From Betaproteobacteria bacterium (GTDB lineage Bacteria > Pseudomonadota > Gammaproteobacteria > Burkholderiales > UBA3065), in NCBI GenBank assembly GCA_027490755.1, contig JAIXXL010000024.1:20227-84226 (forward strand): a DNA stretch of 64,000 nucleotides, read 5' to 3'. This document shows, piece by piece, positions 58,425-64,000 of the stretch; the stretch's first letter is position 1, and each line of letters starts with the position of its first letter. A model generated the notes under the pieces. That model made no database searches. It saw only the letters and a list, made by a program, of their open reading frames with translations, and had not been told where the DNA came from. A program made the translations under genes and the position numbers.

Positions 58425-59729
58425 ATGCTGACGACCTTGCGCCGCCTGGCGTTGCTGGCCGGTTTCCTGCTCCTGCTCCTGCTCCCGGGCCTCTTCGTCT
58501 CGGCCCACGCCGAGGCGCTCAACGTCGAGATCGTCGGCGCCGGCGCCAACCAGATCCCGGTCGCCATCGCGCCGCTGGCCTCCGAACCGCTGCTGCCCGA
58601 GAGCGTCACTGCCGTGATCAATGCCGACCTCGCCCGCAGTGGGCTGTTCCGCCTGATCGACGCCAGCGCCATCTCGCCGCGGCCGGCCGAGCTCGCCCAG
58701 CTGAATATCGCCGAGTGGCGGGGGCAGGGCGCCGACGCCATGCTCATCGGCCGGGTCAATGCCGCGGCCAATGGCAAGTGGGAGATCCAGGTGCGTCTGG
58801 TCGACCTCGCCGGCAACCGGCAGCTGCTCGGCCAGAGCTTTGTTGTCGAGCCGCGCCAGTTACGGGCCACCGCTCACCGCATCGCCGACCTCATCTTCGA
58901 GCGGCTCACCGGCATACCCGGCGTGTTCGGCACCCGCATCGCCTACATCACCCGGCTGGGCAAGCGCTTCGAACTCATGGTGGCCGACGCCGATGGCTAC
59001 AACCCGCGCGCTGTGTTCACCTCGACCGAGCCGATCATCTCGCCGCGCTGGTCACCAGACGGCGGTCGTATCGCTTATGTCTCTTTCGAGCGCAAGAAGC
59101 CGGTGGTGGTGGTGCAGACGCTCAACACCGGGGACCGTCGCGTCGTGGCGGACTTCAAGGGCTCGAACTCGGCCCCGGCGTGGTCGCCGGATGGCCAGCG
59201 TCTCGCGGTTGTGCTCACGCGCGACGGGTCCTCGCAGATCCACCTTATGCCGGTCGCTGGCGGCGAGCCGCAGCGGTTGATGAAGACCACCCCCGCCAAC
59301 GACACCGAACCAGCCTTCAGCCCCGACGGGCGCCTTCTCTACTTCACCTCCGATCGCGGTGGTGGTCCGCAGATCTACCGCATGCCGGTGGCGGGCGGCA
59401 ACGCTGAGCGCCTCACCTTCGAGGGCGACTACAACGTCTCCCCGCGTCCCAGTCCGGACGGCAAGTCGATCGTCTTTGTGCAGCGTTATGCGGGCCGCTT
59501 CCGCATCGTCACCCAGGACCTCGGCAACCGTCAGGTGCTTCCCGTCACCGACGGCCCGGTCGACGAGAGCCCCAGTTACGCCCCCAACGGCCAATTGGTC
59601 CTGTTCAGCCGGATGCAGGGCGGTCGTGGTGAACTGGCGGCAGCGTCGGTGGATGGTCGTGTCCGCCAGCGGCTGACCCTGCCCAGTGGTGATGCCCGTG
59701 AACCCGCGTGGGGCCCTGCCGGTCAATAG
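58425..59729 (+). CDS. tolB: TolB
   Basis: AHRIAD, TRIAY, repeated PxWSPDG beta-propeller motifs. Confidence 0.96.
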   Translation: MLTTLRRLALLAGFLLLLLLPGLFVSAHAEALNVEIVGAGANQIPVAIAPLASEPLLPESVTAVINADLARSGLFRLIDASAISPRPAELAQLNIAEWRGQGADAMLIGRVNAAANGKWEIQVRLVDLAGNRQLLGQSFVVEPRQLRATAHRIADLIFERLTGIPGVFGTRIAYITRLGKRFELMVADADGYNPRAVFTSTEPIISPRWSPDGGRIAYVSFERKKPVVVVQTLNTGDRRVVADFKGSNSAPAWSPDGQRLAVVLTRDGSSQIHLMPVAGGEPQRLMKTTPANDTEPAFSPDGRLLYFTSDRGGGPQIYRMPVAGGNAERLTFEGDYNVSPRPSPDGKSIVFVQRYAGRFRIVTQDLGNRQVLPVTDGPVDESPSYAPNGQLVLFSRMQGGRGELAAASVDGRVRQRLTLPSGDAREPAWGPAGQ

Positions 59730-59823
59730 ATGGAATCAAGCATCGGCGAAGCGCTTGCCTGATAATCCTCCCAGCCAAGTCAACCCAGCGGCCCAAACGG
59801 CTGCCAAAACAGGAGAACCGACC

Positions 59824-60384
59824 ATGAAACCAATCCACGCCAACCTTCTGCTCGCCGCCGCAGTCATGCTCGCTCTGGCCGGCTGCGCCAGCAAGAAGCC
59901 TGCCGCTGGCGATGGCGCCGCGATCGAGGAACGCGGTGCGTCTTCTGGCAGCGCGACGGATGGCAAGTCCTCCGGCGCAGGCAAGGACGACGTGGTCTCG
60001 CGCAGCCTTGGCGACGACGGTGATGGCTCTGGCGACGTCGCCGGTGCGCCGTCTGCCCGCCAGATCTTCTTTGACCTCGACCAGTACACCGTCAAGCCGG
60101 AATATCAGGGCGTCGTCCAGGCCACTGCCGATTTCCTCAAGAGCAAGCCCAAGGTTCGCGTGATCATCCAGGGCAACACCGACGAGCGTGGCAGCCGCGA
60201 GTACAACCTGTCGCTCGGCCAGAAGCGTGCCGAGGCGGTGCGCAAGGCGCTCGGCGTACTTGGTATCGGCGAGGACCGTATCGAGTCGGTCAGCTTCGGC
60301 GAAGAGAAGCCGATGTCCGAATGCCACGATGAGTCTTGCTGGGCGAAGAACCGCCGCGCTGACATCGTCTACCAGGCCCGTTGA
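59824..60384 (+). CDS. pal: Peptidoglycan-associated lipoprotein Pal
   Basis: Lipobox LAGC, GNTDERGSREYNLSLGQKRA, KNRRA. Confidence 0.96.
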   Translation: MKPIHANLLLAAAVMLALAGCASKKPAAGDGAAIEERGASSGSATDGKSSGAGKDDVVSRSLGDDGDGSGDVAGAPSARQIFFDLDQYTVKPEYQGVVQATADFLKSKPKVRVIIQGNTDERGSREYNLSLGQKRAEAVRKALGVLGIGEDRIESVSFGEEKPMSECHDESCWAKNRRADIVYQAR

Positions 60385-61337
60385 TGCGGACACGCCTGCC
60401 CGCCGTACTGTTGGCCGCCACGCTGTTGGCGGCCGGTCCGGCCCACGCCATCTTTGGCGATTCGGAGGCGCACAAACGCATCGACGAGCAGGTCAAGGCG
60501 CTGCAAGCGGCCACCGAGCAGATCCGTGCTCTTGACGGGCGCGTCGGCGCCGTCGAGGGCACGGTGAACGGCGGGACGCTGCTCAACCTGCTCAACCAGA
60601 TCGAGACCCTGACCGCCGAGATCGCCCGCCTGCGTGGCGAACTCGAGGCCGCGAACAACCGCCTCGACACCGCCGACAAGCGTGCGCGAGACCTCTACAT
60701 GGATGTCGACGGGCGATTGCGGGTGCTGGAGACGCCACCCGCGTCGCCTGTGGGTGCTGGCGCGCAGCCTGCCAGCACCGCGCCGGCCATCACCGACCCC
60801 GGCCTTGTCCCTGCCGCACCGCCACCCGAGACCTCGCCCATGCCGGCAGTCAGCACGGGCGCGCAACCCACACCCGCCACCGCACCGAGCCCGACCGGCG
60901 CGCCGAAGCCCGGCGCCGTCGCCACCTTGGCACCCGCTCGTCCGGGTGCTGCCGGCGAGCTGGCAACGGAGTCGGTGGCATACGAGGCCGCCCACGCCGC
61001 GCGTCGCGAGTCCCGCTTCGCCGATGCGGCGAGGTTGTTCCAACAGTTCATCGCCGCCTACCCCAACAGCGCGCTCGCTGCTCCGGCGCAGTACTGGACG
61101 GGTGACTCGCTGTTCAACGCGCGCGACTACGCTGGCGCCATCGCCGCGCAGAAGCGCCTGCTTGACACCTGGCCGGGCAGCGCCAAGGCGCCGGATGCCC
61201 TGCTGAACATGGCCAGTGCGATGCGTGAGAGCGGCGACACCGCCGGTGAGCGGCGTACCCTCGAGCAGTTGATCGCGCGGCATCCGGCCAGCGAGGCGGC
61301 CGAGAAGGCGCGCCGGCGCATGTCCGCACGGCGCTGA
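60384..61337 (+). CDS. cpoB: Tol-pal system protein CpoB/YbgF
   Basis: Signal peptide, coiled coil IARLRGELE, TPR AQYWTG...KAPDALL. Confidence 0.92.
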   Translation: MRTRLPAVLLAATLLAAGPAHAIFGDSEAHKRIDEQVKALQAATEQIRALDGRVGAVEGTVNGGTLLNLLNQIETLTAEIARLRGELEAANNRLDTADKRARDLYMDVDGRLRVLETPPASPVGAGAQPASTAPAITDPGLVPAAPPPETSPMPAVSTGAQPTPATAPSPTGAPKPGAVATLAPARPGAAGELATESVAYEAAHAARRESRFADAARLFQQFIAAYPNSALAAPAQYWTGDSLFNARDYAGAIAAQKRLLDTWPGSAKAPDALLNMASAMRESGDTAGERRTLEQLIARHPASEAAEKARRRMSARR

Positions 61338-62002
61338 TGTCGGCGCAACCGGCGGCGTCCGGCGTGACGCTGCGCATCAACGAGGTGTTCCTCTCGATCC
61401 AGGGCGAGTCGAGCCGCGTCGGCCTGCCGACCGTGTTCGTCCGCCTGACCGGATGCCCCCTGCGCTGCCGCTGGTGCGACACCGAATACGCCTTCCACGA
61501 GGGCCGCTCGCGCAGTCTTGAGGATGTCATCGCCGAGGTCTTGGGGCACGGCGCTCGCCATGTCTGCGTGACCGGTGGCGAGCCGCTCGCGCAGCCTGCT
61601 GTTCACCCGCTGATGACGGCACTCGCCGATGCCGGGCTCGAGGTCTCGCTCGAGACCAGTGGCGCGCTGGACACTGGCGACGTCGACCCGCGCGTGCGCG
61701 TCGTGATGGACCTCAAGTGCCCCGGTTCGGGCGAGGCAGAACGCAACCGCTGGGCCAATCTTGTGCATCTGCGCACTCACGACGAGATCAAGTTCGTCGT
61801 CGCGTCGCGCGCCGATTACGAATGGATGCGGGAGGTGCTCCAACGTGAGGCGCTGAGCAGCCGCTGCTCGGTGCTCGCTTCGCCAGTCTGGGATGAGCTC
61901 GACCCGGCAGCACTGGCCGGCTGGATCCTCGAGGACCGGCTCGACGTGCGCATGCAGGTGCAGCTGCACAAGATCCTCTGGCAGGACGCGCGCGGGCGAT
62001 GA
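61337..62002 (+). CDS. queE: 7-carboxy-7-deazaguanine synthase
   Basis: [16 protein letters not shown] radical-SAM motif, TGGEPL, QLHKILW. Confidence 0.95.
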   Translation: MSAQPAASGVTLRINEVFLSIQGESSRVGLPTVFVRLTGCPLRCRWCDTEYAFHEGRSRSLEDVIAEVLGHGARHVCVTGGEPLAQPAVHPLMTALADAGLEVSLETSGALDTGDVDPRVRVVMDLKCPGSGEAERNRWANLVHLRTHDEIKFVVASRADYEWMREVLQREALSSRCSVLASPVWDELDPAALAGWILEDRLDVRMQVQLHKILWQDARGR

Positions 62003-62694
62003 GCGGGCCGATCGAGCAGGGCGCCGGCCGCCGCGCCGTGGTGCTGCTGTCGGGTGGGCTGGATTCCGCCACCACGCTGGCGGCCACCGTGCGTTCTGGT
62101 TGGGTGTGCCACGCGCTTTCGTTCGACTATGGGCAGCGTCACGGGGTCGAGTTGCAAGCGGCACAGAGGCTGGCCGAGAAACTCGGCGCACGCGAGCATC
62201 GCGTGCTGCGGCTCGATCTTTCGGTGTTCGGTGGCTCCGCACTGACCGACCCCAGCATCGCCGTCCCCGAGACCCCTGCTGAGGGCATCCCGGTCACCTA
62301 TGTGCCGGCCCGCAATACTGTCTTCCTGTCGATGGCGCTGGCCTGGGCAGAGACCCTTGGCGCCCGGGACATCTTCATCGGCGCCAACGCGGTGGACTAT
62401 TCCGGCTACCCGGACTGCCGCCCCGACTATCTGGCTGCCTTCGAGGCGATGGCCAATCTGGCTACAGCCGCTGGCGTGGCCGGCGAACGCATCCGTATAC
62501 GGGCACCGCTGGTCGACCTCAGCAAGGCGGCCATCGTCCGGCTCGCGCTTGAATGCGGTGTCGACCCCTCGGCGACCGTGTCCTGCTATCAGGCCGACGA
62601 GCAGGGCAGTGCTTGCGGAGTGTGCGACTCGTGTCGGCTGCGAGCTCGCGGCTTCGTCGAGGCTGGCGTGCCCGACTCCACGCGCTACCGCTAA
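61999..62694 (+). CDS. queC: 7-cyano-7-deazaguanine synthase
   Basis: [28 protein letters not shown]. Confidence 0.96.
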   Translation: MSGPIEQGAGRRAVVLLSGGLDSATTLAATVRSGWVCHALSFDYGQRHGVELQAAQRLAEKLGAREHRVLRLDLSVFGGSALTDPSIAVPETPAEGIPVTYVPARNTVFLSMALAWAETLGARDIFIGANAVDYSGYPDCRPDYLAAFEAMANLATAAGVAGERIRIRAPLVDLSKAAIVRLALECGVDPSATVSCYQADEQGSACGVCDSCRLRARGFVEAGVPDSTRYR

Positions 62695-62711
62695 GCGGCC
62701 GGCAACGCGCC

Positions 62712-63179
62712 TCAGCCGCGTACCAGGATGACCGGCCAGGCTGACTGATGCAGCAGCCGCATCGATACCGAACCCAGCAGCATCCCGGCCACACTGCCGT
62801 GGCCGCGGTTGGCCAGCACGATGGCTTGGCAACTATGGCGGTCTGCGGCGTCAAGGATGGCGGCGACGGTGTCGCCCACCACCACGTGTGTCTCGTAATG
62901 CAGGTCGGCCTCAGTCACCAGCCGCGACGCCCGGGCCAGGGCTCGGCGACCTTCGTCCTCGTGGAAACGGCGCAGGTCAGCCTCGCCGATGAAGCGCCCG
63001 ATGTTGCCGCGCACGGGTGACTGCACATTCAGCAGTACCAGATGCGCCGGGCTGCGCTGGGTCGTGGAGAGGGCGATGGCGTGGCGAACCGCAGCCAGAC
63101 TGCGCGCCGATCCGTCGACCGGCAGCAGCAGGCGGGTGCTGCCGCTGTCGTCCTGCCATTTCGGGGTGTGCCGGGTCAT
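62712..63179 (-). CDS. Universal stress protein
   Basis: LLPVDGS, IVLANRGHG...LLGSVS. Confidence 0.88.
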   Translation of the reverse strand: MTRHTPKWQDDSGSTRLLLPVDGSARSLAAVRHAIALSTTQRSPAHLVLLNVQSPVRGNIGRFIGEADLRRFHEDEGRRALARASRLVTEADLHYETHVVVGDTVAAILDAADRHSCQAIVLANRGHGSVAGMLLGSVSMRLLHQSAWPVILVRG

Positions 63180-63901
63180 TGCTGGGGTCCTCCATCGATC
63201 TGCAGCGGCGCCCGCGCCATCTGCCGCCGCTTCAGCGCGGTCCCGGCAAGCAACACCGTGAGCACTCCGACAGCGCCGAAGCCGTGGTGCAACCAGGGCA
63301 GTTCTGCGAGCACGGCGGCGTGCGCCGGGTCGGTGATCAGGGTCACGCCTGCCACCCATCCCAGCAGGCCACCCCCCAGCGTCACGATCACCGGCAGACG
63401 ATCCATCCAGCGCATGATGATCTGCGATGAGAACACGATCAGCGGGATGCTGATCAGCAGACCCATGATCAGGAGCAGGAGGCTGCCATGGGCTGCCGCA
63501 GCGATGCCGATGACGTTGTCCAGGCTCATGACGAAGTCCGCGACCATGATGATGCGCACCGCTGGCCAGAAGCCAGATGCCTCGGCCGAATCACCCCCGG
63601 CCTCTTCCGCCGGCACGATCAGGCGGATGGCGATCCAGAGCAGCAGCAGGGCGCCTGCCGTCTTGACCCACGGCAGGCCCAGCAGCAGGGCGGCAAAGAC
63701 GGTGAGCGTGACGCGCAGCCCGATGGCGGCTGCGGTGCCTATGATCACTGCGCGCCGGCGCTGCACTTCGGGTAGTCTGCGCGCAGCCAGCGCGATCACC
63801 ACAGCGTTGTCGCCCGAGAGGACGATGTCGATGCCGATGATCTGCAGCAGGCCGACCCAGAACAGCGGGGTCTGCAACTCCTGAACGACGTCTGCCAGCA
63901 A
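63176..63901 (-). CDS. TerC family (YjbE-like) membrane protein
   Basis: DIVLSGDNAVVIALA, ADFVMSLDNVIGIAAAA. Confidence 0.92.
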   Translation of the reverse strand: MLADVVQELQTPLFWVGLLQIIGIDIVLSGDNAVVIALAARRLPEVQRRRAVIIGTAAAIGLRVTLTVFAALLLGLPWVKTAGALLLLWIAIRLIVPAEEAGGDSAEASGFWPAVRIIMVADFVMSLDNVIGIAAAAHGSLLLLIMGLLISIPLIVFSSQIIMRWMDRLPVIVTLGGGLLGWVAGVTLITDPAHAAVLAELPWLHHGFGAVGVLTVLLAGTALKRRQMARAPLQIDGGPQQ

Positions 63902-63964
63902 GGGACGGCACCGAGGGAAAGAGACCCGCGAGTATAGCCGCAGCTCCAGCGACAGCCCTCAGCG

Positions 63965-64000
63965 ATGCGTACCTACCTCGACCTCCTGCAGCACATCCTC
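63965..64000 (+). CDS. thyA: Probable thymidylate synthase, N-terminal fragment (truncated by window)
   Basis: MRTYLDLLQHIL resembles the ThyA N-terminus; only 12 codons visible. Confidence 0.6.
   Translation, partial: MRTYLDLLQHIL

Noticed and set aside
61337-62694. queE/queC as part of a 7-deazaguanine DNA-modification (dpd) system
   Set aside because: They sit in the usual housekeeping position after cpoB, canonical tgt/queA are present, and no dpdA-like gene is seen.

Overview
GC-rich chromosomal window of a Betaproteobacterium, inferred from gene order (rne-rluC-HAD-sppA, rplM-rpsI-argC-erpA, coq7, ybgC-tolQRAB-pal-cpoB-queE-queC). It is mostly housekeeping: rne, recA-recX, pgi, glnB, pyrD, ftsK, queA-tgt-yajC-secDF, purB, mutM, mutY, anmK, the tol-pal cluster and the start of thyA, plus tRNA-Thr(CGT) and tRNA-Leu(CAA). 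Six accessory items stand out. (1) A hybrid histidine kinase whose N-terminus keeps all seven ETR1 ethylene/Cu-binding residues, overlapping a Cys-rich secreted ORF. (2) A BLUF-like domain with both photochemical residues replaced, fused to an XRE helix-turn-helix. (3) A ~1480-aa protein with nine 115-aa Ig-like repeats whose Lys/Asn pair is co-lost in one repeat, suggesting intramolecular isopeptide bonds; no export signal is visible. (4) An exosortase-A-associated ACP / acyl-CoA ligase / PLP decarboxylase trio with a sigma54 motif. (5) An ovoA plus C-S lyase (ovothiol) pair next to a WYL regulator. (6) A highly structured ~300-bp intergenic element between mutM and coq7. No CRISPR array, integrase, transposase or rRNA was seen. 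Family calls come from motif recognition, not database searches, and several start codons were re-chosen by eye.
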